Assembly (NCBI GenBank): GCA_002269645.1
Contig: NIVC01001827.1
Span: 294,642 to 358,641, forward strand
Origin: Macrostomum lignano
Taxonomy: Eukaryota
DNA: 64,000 bases
Reading direction: 5' to 3'
Positions 42,901 through 63,955 of this stretch are shown here, piece after piece; position 1 is the stretch's first letter, and each line of letters begins with the position of its first letter. The translations under genes and the position numbers were made by a program. The notes under the pieces are model-generated. The model had not been told where the DNA came from and did not search any database. It saw only the letters and a program-made list of their open reading frames with translations.

Positions 42901-45900
42901 TATCCCGCCCCTGTCTCATTCTATCCCGCCCCTGTCTCATTCTATCCCGCCCCTGTCTCATTCTATCCCGCCCCTGTCTCATTCTATCCCGCCCCTGTCT
43001 CATTCTATCCCGCCCCTGTCTCATTCTATCCCGCCCCTGTCTCATTCTATCCCGCCCCTGTCTCATTCTATCCCGCCCCTGTCTCATTCTATCCCGCCCC
43101 TGTCTCATTCTATCCCGCCCCTGTCTCATTCTATCCCGCCCCTGTCTCATTCTATCCCGCCCCTGTCTCATTCTATCCCGCCCCTGTCTCATTCTATCCC
43201 GCCCCTGTCTCATTCTATCCCGCCCCTGTATCATTCTATCCCGCCCCTGTCTCATTCTATCCCGCCCCTCCTCAACCAGTTCCGCCCCTGTTTCACACTC
43301 AACCGCCCCCTCCGCGCCCATGGATGCAGCTGCCCCTCATGCAGCCATACATGCCAGCGCAGATATTCTACATCTGTGAACAGAGTTCCCGCAGGAATCT
43401 CTGATTGAGATAGCATTTGCATAGAAAAAGCAAACTAGCACGGGAGGCCACGCAGGTGCTGAGGGCGGCCCGCTGTGCTAGGGAATTCTTCAATCCCAGC
43501 AGTTTATCTCAAGCCTATACTAAATATTCGTTGGCCCAAAAATCAGTGCAGCAACTTGTGGCAATGTCACTCTCAGATTCTCAGAAATTGGCTTCCAATT
43601 TTACTAGATAAGAGATCTGCAGCGGTTGGAACAATTTCTCATAGGCAGCACTGATCTCCCGCGGGAATCCAGAGTGGAGCATCGATAAAAAAGCATCTTC
43701 TAGCAAAGGCAGTTCAGTTATTTAAAAGATGAAATTTGAAATTTGACTTGAAGTAGTAGAAAGCAAAACAAGTAAGTAAAGGATTCCTTTCGCATGGATC
43801 TGACTGACTCGACCCCCCAGCTGTCTCGTCTGCCATAGACTATAGCGCTCGTTAGCTCCCCTCCCAGCGGGGCCACCGCATGGGAGACTTTTCCCCAAGC
43901 CCTATTCGCCCAACTAGGCCCACCAGCTGCTGCGGCAAGCCAAGGACCCTTGAACTCCGTGGACTTGGAAGCGAGCGCTCTGAAATAACCAGAATTTTGA
44001 CTTGCCTCCTCTTTTTACGCAAAAAAGATTGACGGAGAAGATTTAACAAAATCTTTCTCGGCTTTCAATCTTGTGCCCGGCGCTAAATGCATAGGAAAAT
44101 CTATAGCTCTGGTGAGCTGTAAAATATCCATCATCAAGAAGAGATATCTCCCAAATAGTCCAGTCCAGTACCAAGTTCGAGGGTCCATGGCTGCGCTGCC
44201 ATCCCCCCTGCCGATCTGTGCCGCCACAGCAAGGGAGGTCGGTTGGTCAGCATTGCATGGCAGCTCGGCAATTGGAATCGAATGGGTGGAAAATAACTGC
44301 ATTTGGTACAGACTGACGGGCAGTGCAGGGGGGCCAGCAGGGAAATTTGAATGACAACTCGATTCCCACCGCTGGTGGCCGTTCAGCGAAATTGTCGAAT
44401 AATTTCGAATTGCCGCTAATGCTGCGGCGGGGCCTTTGGCTCCAGCTCTGTAGGGCTGAATATTTGTTCGGTGCATAGCTCTAGAAATCAACTGCCAGAT
44501 GCAGTCTGTATTTCCCAGCGTGTGTGCGGGCATTGTTCAACTTGTCTGTTTGAATTTTTGTTTGCAATTATTTGATCAAAACAAAGGACAGTCTTGAGAG
44601 AATTTTTTACCCTATAATTTTCTTGACCTCAGCAAGCGAAAAATATTTAATGGATGAATTACTTAAGCCCGAGTGGAGTCTAGGAGCTTATGAACTTTTG
44701 ATTTGGGAATTAATTAATTCAAGTATGAGCATGCCGAATTAATTTTACAAGAATTCCAAGAATCCCGCTTTCTACTCTGTCTCCGCCGTCTACTCTATCT
44801 CGGCTGTCTACTCTGTCTCCGCTCTCTACTTTATCTCCACTGTCTACTTTATCTCTACTGTCTACTCTATCGTCTCCGCTGTCTACTCTATCTCCGCTGT
44901 CTACTTTATTGTTTCCGCTGTCTACTTTATCTCCGCTGTCTACTCTATCTCCGCTGTCTACTCTATTGTCTCCGCTGTCTACTCTATCTCCGCTGTCTAC
45001 TTTATTGTTTCCGCTGTCTACTCTATTGTCTCCGCTGTCTACTCTATCTCCGCTGTCTACTTTATTGTTTCCGCTGTCTACTCTATCGTCTCCGCTGTCT
45101 ACTCTACCTCCGCTGTCTACTTTATCTCCGCTGTCTACTCTATTGTCTCCGCTGTCTACTCTGTCGCCTCTCATTACATACTCATTACATACTCATTACA
45201 TAAAGAACATATCGTTTCAAGTGAAATCATTAATCAAATAAGAGTATTTAGACTTAGAGTGGGAATTACTGAGAAAATGATAAGTGTTGGGTAACACTCC
45301 ATCAATAACGGTATAGAAGCGATACGTAAATACAACAGCATTAGCGCCTATTGCAGAACAATGTTAAATCACAGTCAATAGAATGCTTGACAGCCAGACA
45401 GTGCATCATTATTGGAATGCTTTGGGATCGCGCGAGAGTGGCGCTTGATTTCAAATTCCGTAGCAAAGAAATTCCGCAGCATCTCGTTCGATTCAGTTTA
45501 ATCGATAAACGATAAACGATTACAAACTGAGTGGGAGGAGAGAAGTATTTCTCTCTGTTTACCCCCCATGTCTAAATATCCCAACCGATGCGACCGGCTC
45601 GCAGGGGCCCTTGCCCAAAACTCCAGCGCGGGGCCGCTCCATTTGATTTTCTTAGAAAACACGGAAGATCCATCAATGTTGGCCTTCAGTTCTGGCATTT
45701 CGGTGAAGGGAGAAGAGAAGAGCCGCAAGTATAAGCCGCAGTTTCAGTTGGCTGCATGACAGGTGACAGGCAACACACAGAAAGCCAGCAGAAGCAGCAA
45801 ATAAGCGGCAGTTTTTCAGTGATGACGGAGATTGCTGGAAGCTGCAGAAGCAGAAGGTTAAAATGGTTCGAATCTTAATCGATTCTGAGTTTCTAGGATA

Positions 45901-48900
45901 TTGCAGCGAAGATGGGAAAGTTAAAGTTTGAAGTATGAAGTATGAATTCTTCTCTAGAATTTGATGCATGAAATATGAAATGTGAAATATGAAATATGAA
46001 ATATGAAATATGAAGTATGACATATGAAATATGACATATGAAATATGAATCGTGAATCGTGAATCAGGATGTATTTAAAATAAAATTTCATAAAATTTTA
46101 CAAAGTTACTTTCGGGTTGAACGGGTTGAATTCTTGCTCGAACTTCTTAAAACAACAATCAGAACTTGTTAACCGAAGGGCAAGGGTCAGCGCACCTATA
46201 CAATATGAAAGTGAAATCGGAACCCCGCAATAAATTCACTATTAGATTCTGTTTTCAACAATACGCGATCGGATGGTTGCAGGACCTTCCCCAGTATTTT
46301 TGTATTGTTGCCATGGGCTAAGCAGGTTCACCCGAGAGGGGCAGGTTGGCCGGCACCGGGGGTCTGCCCCCCCCCCCAGTGCGGCGCTGACAGTAAAGCC
46401 CGTGATTGAGGGCTTGGGCGCATTGGATATGACAGGTCATGTTTACTGGGCTAGGCTTAAGCCAGGAGGCCCCGTGCAAAGTCTTCTAGCGGGCATAATC
46501 TTCTTGCATCGCATTCTTCATCTGGGGCCGGAGAGGCTGCGGCATCTCCTACCCCTAACCCTCCCAGCCTCCATCCGCGTCTCTGCTTGGAAACAAAAAT
46601 CGTCTTGTTGCAAAATCTTTCCTTCCGGCTTCCTTATACAGTCGCTGGCGCCTGTAATCCCCCTTTACTGAGAGGCTCTCCCCCCCCCCCTCTCTCTTCC
46701 CAGCTGGATAGCCTCCTGAAAGATATGCGGATAGGCGGATATGCACCTGACTTTGTCAAGTTCCTCAACCAGCAGCAGCCGCCTTGGTGATAGGAAGTGG
46801 GGGATCGAAGGGGGAGGGTCGCCACCGCTTGCACAGACTGCGGCCATGTCGGCGGTCATCGCTTTATGACTGCTTTATGATCCATTGGAGAATCGTGGTC
46901 CCTGGCAAGCGTCTTCTTTAAGCCTGCAACCCCCCCCCGGCCCAAAAAACTTGTGCGGCAAGAAAGGCAGTAAAAGCTGATGCGGTGCTGCGAAGGCACC
47001 GGGTGGAGATATTGCAGATAACGGATAGATGAGGCGCAAAAAGACTTTGCGGGAGTCTGTCTGGGGCGCGATTAAGCTCGCCACCCCTTCACGCTCGATC
47101 TCTTACAGTCAGTTTCCTGATTTCTTGCAACACGAGGCGCCAGCAGAAACCCGGCCCAGACTTTGATTTTTTTGCCTCTTTTTCATCTGGTGTAACTCCT
47201 GCCTGCTTTACTGTTTCTGCAACTCTATAAAATACAGGTAGGGGGACAAGGAGGGCCCAGAAACACGAGTCTGGAGCAGCAACACTTCCCCCAAGACCCC
47301 ATATTTTCATAATATTTTATACCAACATTCGACAGATTGGCTTGTGTATTTGAAAATCGGTCAATGAGTAACATACTTCAGTATTACCCAACCATTTCTG
47401 CAGTGCACCATTTATGCCATCTAGTTCGAAAATATGAAATTTTTTGTTTTGAAAACTTTTGTGAAAACTAGCTTGCATGTTGTTGCTGTTCAGTCCAAGG
47501 ACTGGGGGGTCGCCAAACACAGCCTCAATTACCCCAGCTAATGCTGGCACCCATTTTACAGCTGGATGAACTGAAGCAATGCAGAGTTAAGTGTCTTGCT
47601 CAAGGACACAAATTGTTCCGAGTGGGTCGAGAATCGAACCCGTGACCTCTCAGTCGTGAGTCCGACGCTCTGACCACTAGGCTGCAACCTTCTAGCCGCC
47701 AAAGCTTACTGAGGGGAATTTATGGCACAGACTTATTTCTGCTGACAGGCTGGGTCTATGGCGCGATACCGACTTTCGGTTGGCAATTCGTGATGCATAT
47801 TCTATGGGAAAACCTGTCCTAAAAAAGACGGCCAAACACACACACACACACACACCTTTACAAAGTAGATCCGTTATCGCCTGTAGCATTCAATCATCAG
47901 TATGTTTGATCCCCCGGGCCCAGATTCCCGTGGCGCGTGCTCCGCCTCTTGACCATTGGGTGACGGGGCGTCGGTAAAGCAGCGGGTGAAGTGGACCTGC
48001 GCGGTTGCCGAGTGGGCGGGTTGTGGATAAGTGGGCAAGAAAGAATACCAAACTCGGCGGCCTCTGAGACTCGCCACTTATCAGTCTGTGGGATCTACTT
48101 TGGGGGGATTTTTCGGACCCTCCGGGGTGGATGTAGGGGAGCAACAGGGTTGGGAAGATTTACAAGGGGAATGCGAGCGGGTTGGTCGGATACTGAAGGA
48201 TTTAGCGGAGTATGATCAACCCTGGTTATGAAATTCACTCACTGGAGCTAGTAAGCCGAGAGGGGACCATGCTGAGAGGGCGAACGGAGCTGGAGAAGGA
48301 CAATGAGAGGGAGAGTGAAGATAGAGAGAAGGAGAATGAGAGGGAGAGTGAAGATAGAGAGAAGGAGAATGAGAGGGAGAGTGAAGATAGAGAGAAGGAG
48401 AATGAGAGGGAGAGTGAAGATAGAGAGAAGGAGAATGAGAGGGCCAGTGAGAGGAGACAGATCTAGAGAGAAATAGAATGAGAGGGCCAGTGAGAGGAGA
48501 CAGAGAGAAGTGGCATGAGAGGGCCGGTGAGAGGAGACAGAGAATAATAGAGAGAGGCCAGACTCGGGCAAAGGCCGGAAGATGTTCAGGAGACTGGCAG
48601 GCAAAGAATGGCAGCCAGAATACGAGACGCAGATAAATGCCGATGAAGTTCGACACACAGCGGACCAGCTTGCTTGTTACACCTATCGTTGTTACACAAG
48701 TAGGCGCTGAAGCTGCATTGCATCGCAAATTCTGCAACCTCGGTGGTTCAAATTCCAAGGCGCCTTGCCCAGATATGCTGGGGCACCACCGCTTGGCGTG
48801 TTGCACGCGAGAAAGACACAATGTTTCCACACGGTGTCGCGTTACACTGGGCCTCCCCGGAGAGGTAGGAGGGGCAGCTTTCCCACAGCTCCCCATGCCT

Positions 48901-51900
48901 TATCCTCATCAGCGATGCTTATCAAATCCCAACAGCGGATAGAGGAGTCGAGGCTACAAAGTGAGGGGTCGGCCAGTGAAAACAGACAGTGGGATCCCCA
49001 TTCCTCAAATATCCCCTTCCCGTTTTGTATTTTTGAAAACTTTCCAAAACTCCACCGTTACTCGAGGCCGAAAAGTTTCGGGGGGGGGATAAAAGGAATG
49101 AGGATCATGGGGAGTAGGTCCCCCCTCCCGGATCCCCCTCGTCCTTTCGTGTCGCTGTTTCTTTCGCCGAAAGAAGAAGAAGAAGGCAGCAAGATAAAGA
49201 AGCCAGAGGTTGCCTGCATCTCCTTGGCGCTATCGCTGCGCGGGAATTTCGAGTTTTCGAGCTCACTAACGAGCTGCGGCCGGCCGGCAAATGAAAGCGC
49301 ATAAAACAGAGGAGGAAGGGAGCTGTTAAACAGACAGGGGGCCTGGGGCCATGATGCTGGATGCTGGGCGCAAGTGTTAAGATCCTGTTTTTTATATCCT
49401 TGACTTTCTTTCCAGGGCCAGGGTATTTCGCAATTACGGGAGCAAATATTGCCAGAATCCGGGCGCCCGGCGAGCCTTTGAATTTGTAATTAAAAACAAC
49501 AGCAAATTTGTTAGGGATTGATGCCTGCTTGTAAAACTGCTGGCACCATGAAATACGTATGAAAACCCCGCAGCAGTAATAAAAAATATGTTCGTAGCAC
49601 TGAGTCAGCCGGTTGCGGTGAATGACACTTTCATTCGGGTATTCTGGGTGCTCCTCTATCCTCTATTGTCCCGTTCTTGTCCTGTCCTGTTCTGCCTTGT
49701 CCTGTCTTATCCTGTCTTATCCTGTCTTATCCTGTTTTATCCTGTCTTATCCTGTCTTATCCTGTCTTATCCTGTCTTATCCTGTCTTATCCTGTCTTAT
49801 CCTGTCTTATCCTGTCTTATCCTGTCTTATCCTGTCTTATCCTGTCTTATCCTGTCTTATCCTGTCTTATCCTGTCTTATCCTGTCTTATCCTGTCTTAT
49901 CCAGTCTTATCCTGTCTTATCCAGTCTTATCCAGTCTTATCTTGTCCTGTCTTATCCTATCTTATCCTGTCTTATCCTGTCTTATCCTGTCTTATCCTGT
50001 CTTATCCTGTCCTGTCTTATCCTATCTTATCCTGTCTTATCCTGTCTTATCCTGTCTTATCCTGTCTTATCCTGTCTTATCCTGTCTTATCCTGTCTTAT
50101 CCTGTCTTATCCTGTCTTATCCTGTCTTATCCTGTCCTGTCTTATCCTGTCTTATCCTGTCTTATTCTGTCTTATCCTGTCTTATCCTGTCTTATCCTGT
50201 CTTATCCTGTCTTATCCTGTCTTATCCTGTCTTATCCTGTCTTATCCTGTCTTATCCTGTTTTATCCTGTCTTATCCCGTTCCGCCCCGTCCTACACAGC
50301 CAGCAACTCCCATCCCGCAGTCTGTTCAGCGCCCGGCAGTCGTGCACCCGCTGCGGCGGCTGCCTGCACCCGGCGGACCTGGTGATGAAGGCACGCGAGC
50401 ACCATTTCCACCTGGGCTGCTTCACCTGCCACTGGCCCGCCTGCGAGCGCCGGTTCTCGCCAGGCGACGAGTTCGGCCTGAGCCTCGGCGGTGCCGTCTT
50501 CTGCCGGCTGCACCTGCAGCATCAGCAGCACCTGCCGCCGCCGCCGCCGCTGCTGCCACCGCCACCGCCGCCGCAGTTCCTTCTGTCCGACTCGCTGGAA
50601 ACGGCAGAGGCGGCCACCGCGGCGGCGAAATCAGCGACCCAGTCGGAGATGGGCGGCGGCGCCGGCGGCAAGCAGGCGAGCCGCGCTGGCAAGGGTCGGC
50701 CGCGAAAGTCGAAGAAATTAGCGGAGCCACCGGCGACGTCACAGGCTACCCAGCATCCGGCGGCGCTTCATCAGCCGCATTCTCAGCCGGATGAGCTGGG
50801 TATTGTTCAGCAGCCTCACCTGCAGCTGCAGCATCAGATTGCCTGTGGCTTTTCCAACTGCATTGTCAAGGAGGAGCTGCCGATGACTGCCTCGACAGCG
50901 GAGACCACGCCGACGACCGTGACGCTGGCGTCGACACTCGCTGGAGACGCGATGGACAGCTCCCTGGTGGACCTGGCCGCTGTGCAGGGCTCCGCCGTGT
51001 TCGGCGTCGGTGGCGACCCGGTGGAGCAACTGGGTGAGCTGGATGACCTTGGCTGACTGACTGACACTAGCTGACTTACTGACACTAGCTGACTGATTGA
51101 CACTAGCTGACCTACTGACTCTAGCTGACTGATTGACACTAGCTGTCTGACTGACACTAGCTGACTGACTGACACCAGGGACTACTCAATTCTCGGGACG
51201 GGAAACGGCCAAATCATGCAGAAAAAAGATGGAGGCCGATTTTCTCTGTTCTCTGCTGATCTTATGTTTTATCGCAAGAGCTTCAGCTTTTCACTATGTT
51301 AACAAAATTTATCCCTCTTCAACTTCCTGTAGCCTGTTTCTACTCAAATAATTTCGGATAAATGCTAGGAGACATTTTATAAAGTACCCCTTTAATACAC
51401 AAACTCGATGCTTGATAAGCCAAGTGCATCTGTTGTAGAAGTCTATGGGAAACATTGAAGCAAGAAGTGAAAGCTTGTATTATACGAGAAGTTATGCAAC
51501 ATAAGATATAAGATTAACAAAACTGTTGCATATAGTCAATACATGTATACCAAGATTTGGAAAACGATCGCGCTAGAATACACACTATTGTGCACTAGAA
51601 TTATTCAACAACACCAAATGCATAAGTACAAGAAACACAACATTCACAACAAGCATATAAAGAACAATAAACACGATAAGAGCAAAAGGCAAGAGAACCA
51701 CAAGCAAGTGCAAAACGCACATGAACCAGAACAAACAAAGTCAGCATAACAAAGTATCCCAATAGTAGTAAGCAAATATAAGCAATGCGACAAATCGAAT
51801 TCGTAATCCAGTAGTCGCAGTCGGTATCAATCGCGCTTATAAACGAGATGATTTGATTTGCATGATTTGGCCGTTTCCCGTCCCGAGAATTGAGTAGTCC

Positions 51901-54900
51901 CTGACTGACACTAGCTGACTGACTGACACTAGTTGACTGACTGACACTAGCTGACTGACTGACACTAGCTGACTGATTGACACTAGCTGACCTACTGACT
52001 CTAGCTGACTGATTGACACTAGCTGTCTGACTGACACTAGCTGACTGACTGACACTAGTTGACTGATTGACACTAGCTGACTGACTGACACTAGCTGACT
52101 GACTGACACTAGCTGTCTGACTGACACTAGCTGACTGACTGACACTAGCTGACTGACTGACACTAGTTGACTGATTGACACTAGCTGACTGACTGACACT
52201 AGCTGACTGACTGACACTAGCTGACTTACTGACACTAGCTGACTGACTGACACTAGCTGACTGACTGACACTAGCTGACTTACTGACACTAGCTGACTGA
52301 CTGACACTAGCTGACTGACTGACACTAGCTGACTGACTGACACTAGCTGACTGACTGACACTAGCTGACTTACTGACACTAGCTGACTGACACGAACTGG
52401 TTGTTGCTGAAATAACAATCGTAAACAAAAAAGCACCTCCAATTGTATCGCTAGCCATTTAGCAGTGTCAGAGTCCACCGGACAGACATTCAAGATTCCA
52501 CTGATTTAAGCAAACTGATGAACAAGCAAAATCCGTGTGCTCGCTCCGCGGGACCGGCTTGCGGAAAATTTTGAGCAGGAAAAAAACTTCTTGCATGCAC
52601 AGGGCGCCTCAATAATAATAGCTGGTTGCAAACTTTCCCACAGGGCTTCCCTACCCTCCACTCTGAATGCTGAAGCCTTGAAATAAAGATTGCTTTTTAT
52701 TGTCTACAAGGAGGAACGGATAAGAAGGGATGGAATTGAGGAAGAAAATGGGGAAGACAAAAGGAGGAGATGCAGCGGTGCGGAAGGCGCAGTTTCTGCT
52801 TGGGAAACTGTTTGGGGAAGCAAGTGGCGCGGGCGGGGGGGGCAACTCAATGGCGCAAAAAAGTTTCAAACCGACTTTTTTCTATCTAGCTATCTTTCAT
52901 CACCGCCAGGATGTGCAGGGGGGGCTTTTCTTTGAGTGGCTTGTTAGAAATGTTAGCAACTCCCCACACCCACCTCTGCTCACTCAAATAATCCCATTCA
53001 AACAGGCGGGAGATCCGTTGGGCAAATAATCCCTGAATTTGCGTCCCCGGCAGTCAGCCAGTGTAGTCCTGTTTGAGGCGGCTGGGGTGAGCATTCTCCC
53101 CCGATGCCAGATTCCGAAGTTCACAGGCAGCTTCCTTCGTCTGGGCAAACACCGCCTGGAATGCGCCACTCTTCAGCTTGAAATTTGTGTCATTTTTTAT
53201 TGCCCTCCCCCCCCCCCCGAGTTTTGCCTGCTGGTCGGAAGAAGAAGTTTCCCGGCCTCGGGTTGCGCAAGGAGGAACAGGCGCAGGTAGAAATACAAGC
53301 TACTGCCCGGCAAGTCCCTTTGAGCTCTCGAACTATAGCCACTCGACTATATTGAGTACTCGTTGGGGCTTCTCTCTCTCTGTCTCTCTTTAGACCTCCA
53401 GTTGGCGCAGCGGGGAGCCCTGCTTAATGAGGCGGACCGGCCCATCAGGCCAGCCGGCTTATTTTAGAGCTCCCATTCCGACGCAAGAGCTCGCCAACTG
53501 CGACTACGAGATGGAGTAGGGGAATCTGGACAATCCACTGGATGAAACAATCATCGTTTTAAAAACTGTCCCTTCCCTGGAGGCTAATAGAGATGGGGAT
53601 AGACGGAGGAGGCTGACTTCTCTCTCTCCTCAGGCCGTTCTACTCATAGTAGGGATCACCGGCTGCCGCTGGGTAATTGGCGGCCGCCACTTTGGAGCTG
53701 CCTGGGGGCGAATTCCCCCTCCCCCATTCGTGTTTGTTGAGCTGCAGTTGAGTTGATGTAAAAAATTAGCGTGGTGTTAATTTGTCTGTCCGGCCGGCAG
53801 GATAACTGATGGGTCTGAGCAGCGACAACTTTTTGTAATAAAATTTTGAAGCTGGAAACTGAGCAGAGACTTACAGATTCACTGACAGATTCACTGACAG
53901 ATTCACTGACAGATTCACTGACAGATTCACTGACAGACTCACTGACAGATTCACTGACAGATTCACTGACAGATTCACTGACAGACTCACTGACAGATTC
54001 ACTGACAGATTCACTGACAGACTCACTGACAGACTCACTGACAGACTCACTGACAGACTCACTGACAGATTCACTGACAGACTCACTGACAGACTCACTG
54101 ACAGATTCACTGACAGATTCACTGACAGACTCACTGACAGATTCACTGACAGATTCACTGACAGACTCACTGACAGATTCACTGACAGACTCACTGACAG
54201 ATTCACTGACAGACTCACTGACAGACTCACTGACAGACTCACTGACAGATTCACTGACAGATTCACTGACAGACTCACTGACAGATTCACTGACAGATTC
54301 ACTGACAGACTCACTGACAGATTCACTGACAGACTCACTGACAGATTCACTGACAGACTCACTGACAGATTCACTGACAGACTCACTGACAGATTCACTG
54401 ACAGATTCACTGACAGATTCACTGACAGATTCACTGACAGATTCACTGACAGATTCACTGACAGACTCACTGACAGACTTACTGACAGACTCACTGACAG
54501 ATTCACTGACAGACTCACTGACAGATTCACTGACAGACTCACTGACAGACTCGCTGACAGACTCACTGACAGACTCACTGACAGATTCACTGACAGACTC
54601 ACTGACAGACTCGCTGACAGACTCACTGACAGATTCACTGACAGAATCACTGGCAGACTCACTGACAGAATCACTGACAGACTCACTGACAGAATCACTG
54701 GCAGACTCACTGACAGAATCTGACAGACCCTCTCAAAGACACTGAATGCTATTTCCTCAACTCAACCCCGCCCCGCAGGCTCTGAGATGGCCAGCGATGC
54801 GTGCTGCCAGTCGCCAAATTCTGCCAGCAGCGGTTGCGGCGGTGTCGGAGGAGGCGGCGGAGACAGCCTCGTCGCTGGCGACGGCGGTGACGGAGGCGTC

Positions 54901-55758
54901 GGGGGCGGCTCGTCCTCGGTGACGTCTGGGACGCCAGGCCAGCGGCAGAAGCGAGTCCGCACCAGCTTTAAGCACCACCAGCTGCGCACTATGAAGAGCT
55001 ACTTCATTATCAACCACAATCCGGACAGCAAAGACCTGAAGCAGCTGGCCCAGAAGACTGGACTGAGCAAGCGGGTGCTGCAGGTGAGTTTGCTGACTTT
55101 TGTAGCTTAAAATTAAAGCGTCATAAAAATTCGTATTTTTACAAAAAACTACTGAACCGTCTACTGGCTGCAGTAGTATACTGAAATAGTCATAAAATTC
55201 TAGGTCTGGTTTCAAAACGCCCGAGCCAAATACCGGCGCTCTCTGCTCAAGCAGCAGCAGCAGCAGCAGCAGCCTCAGCATCAGCAGCAATTGCAGCAGC
55301 AGCAGCAGCCGCCACTGCAGCCGCCGGACGAAGCTGCCTCGGCTGCTCACGCGGCAATGCTGAGCAGCGCAGCGGCGGGCCACCAGAAGTCCGCCAGTCT
55401 GCACGTCGCCTCTCCAGACGACATGTCCGACCTGTCCAGCACGGGCTCCGTGCCGGAGTTCAGCCACCACCACCAGCATCATAATCATCACCTGCAGCAG
55501 CATCATCACCAGGCTCAGCATCTTCAGTATCAGCTGCAGCAGCAGCCGGCGTCCGTCAGTTCAGCAATCGAGTCGGCGATCTGCCAGTCTGCTGGCGGCG
55601 GCTACTGCGGCGGCGTCGGCGGAGTCGATGTCATCAACAGCGGCGGCGGAAGCAGCGGCGGCGTGGGAGGCCCCGTCGGCATGGAGACGTCACTGGAAGG
55701 TTCCCCATCTGGCGGGGCAGACTACTTTGCCATGCAGAATGTGAACTGCCTGGCCTGA
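36966..55758 (+). CDS. Lhx2/9: LIM-homeobox protein of the Lhx2/9 (apterous) class; exons 36966-37119, 42421-42703, 50321-51033, 54779-55083, 55204-55758 (669 aa)
   Basis: LIM1 CQAC...[10 protein letters not shown]...CRDDY and LIM2 CTRC...HLGCFTC...CRLH. Homeodomain [57 protein letters not shown]. All junction phases match; exon 1 is least certain. Confidence 0.92.
38040..38400. repeat. 14-bp GC-rich minisatellite (CCCCCAGAGTGGCG)
   Basis: Direct reading; Lhx intron 1. Confidence 0.9.
42880..43265. repeat. 21-bp minisatellite (CCCGCCCCTGTCTCATTCTAT)
   Basis: Direct reading; Lhx intron 2. Confidence 0.95.
44770..45170. repeat. 18/21-bp minisatellite (CTCCGCTGTCTACTCTAT)
   Basis: Direct reading. 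Confidence 0.9.
47481..47689 (-). mobile_element. Second copy of the tRNA-derived SINE
   Basis: A/B boxes plus GTGTCCTTGAGCAAGACACTTAAC...CAGCTGTAAAATGGGTGCCAGC body; same family as 14114-14390. Confidence 0.85.
48290..48560. repeat. 33-bp purine-rich minisatellite
   Basis: GAGAATGAGAGGGAGAGTGAAGATAGAGAGAAG repeated. Confidence 0.85.
49680..50278. repeat. 10-bp satellite (CCTGTCTTAT)n
   Basis: Direct reading; ends ~40 bp before the LIM2 exon acceptor. Confidence 0.95.
51054..52392. repeat. 18-bp minisatellite (CTGACTGACTGACACTAG)n, interrupted by a MITE
   Basis: Direct reading. Confidence 0.95.
51176..51903. mobile_element. hAT-superfamily non-autonomous element (728 bp)
   Basis: ~45-bp TIRs starting CAGGGACTACTC; perfect 8-bp TSD ACTGACAC (51168-51175 / 51904-51911). 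Confidence 0.88.
53870..54725. repeat. 12-bp minisatellite (ACTGACAGATTC)n, ~70 units
   Basis: Direct reading; ends ~55 bp before the homeobox exon acceptor. Confidence 0.95.
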
Positions 55759-56752
55759 CAGAGGCACTCACTGCAATCAATCAGTCAAGACAATCAGTTA
55801 ACTGTTTAATAAATCATAAATTTATGCGTTGCTCGCTTATTTTGGACACTTTGTGCACCTCATTCTATCTTCGATTTGCTGAAGCTTGCCCGCAAACAGG
55901 TGTGTCTGTACATAAATTTGTGACCGCAGCCGCTGTTAGGTCCGCAGGGTCCTGCCAACTACACACATTATTGTTGCAATTTGTGTGTGTCCTGGGTCCT
56001 CGTACCAGTTGTGCTTATAATAATCAATATTTACTGCCTCAGATTTGGACTTCTCATGCTACTGCAGCAATGTCACTAGTAGAAAATTAGGGCTAGACAT
56101 TGTTGTTATTAATCCACGTTAATAATGCTTTCTATCACAGTCTGTCAATTTGGTCGCAGAAAAATCGATGAAGCACTATAGACTTTTGCTCCCGCGACTC
56201 CCGTGTGTTCACCTCCCTCCCTAATTGACCTTGACCAGCTAATGTCCAGCTGACCAAATTCACTAGCAAGTCAAACGAGTTCACAAAAATAAAATTATGA
56301 AGCCTGCAAAAAAAGTTTGCTGAATTTTGTCGAGTCCTTTCTAATTTGTTTTCGTGCTCTGTAGGCTACGGGTTGTTCATAATTTGAGTAGGAAAAGCTG
56401 ACCAAGTCAGGCTCGCACACAGAGGAGGGGAAAGCTTGTTACACATAGCGAAACAGAAACTGAGATTGAATGAAGCAGACACGCGGAAGAACAGAAAAGA
56501 GAAAGAGCGCCAGACACACCCTGTGCTGGTCCACTGTACGATAAGAGAGAAAGTACACAGCCTACTTTGAATGCCGGAGTCGAAAGCAAATGAGGAAATG
56601 CTGTAAAATATTGCTCCAAATATAGGAAGCAGATTGAGTAAGAACTTGAGCAGGACAAGAAACTAATCTAGCATGAGCACAGTTTGGTCATAAAGTATAG
56701 ACACAAAATTAGCTCAAATTCTGACAAAAAATTATTATCGAAATTGTCGAAT

Positions 56753-63955
<7,203 letters not shown>

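Noticed and set aside
47620-47689. tRNA genes at the SINE heads (also 14320-14390, ~16895-16955, ~59690-59720)
   Set aside because: A/B boxes are present but cloverleaf stems are incomplete and two run into a shared SINE body.
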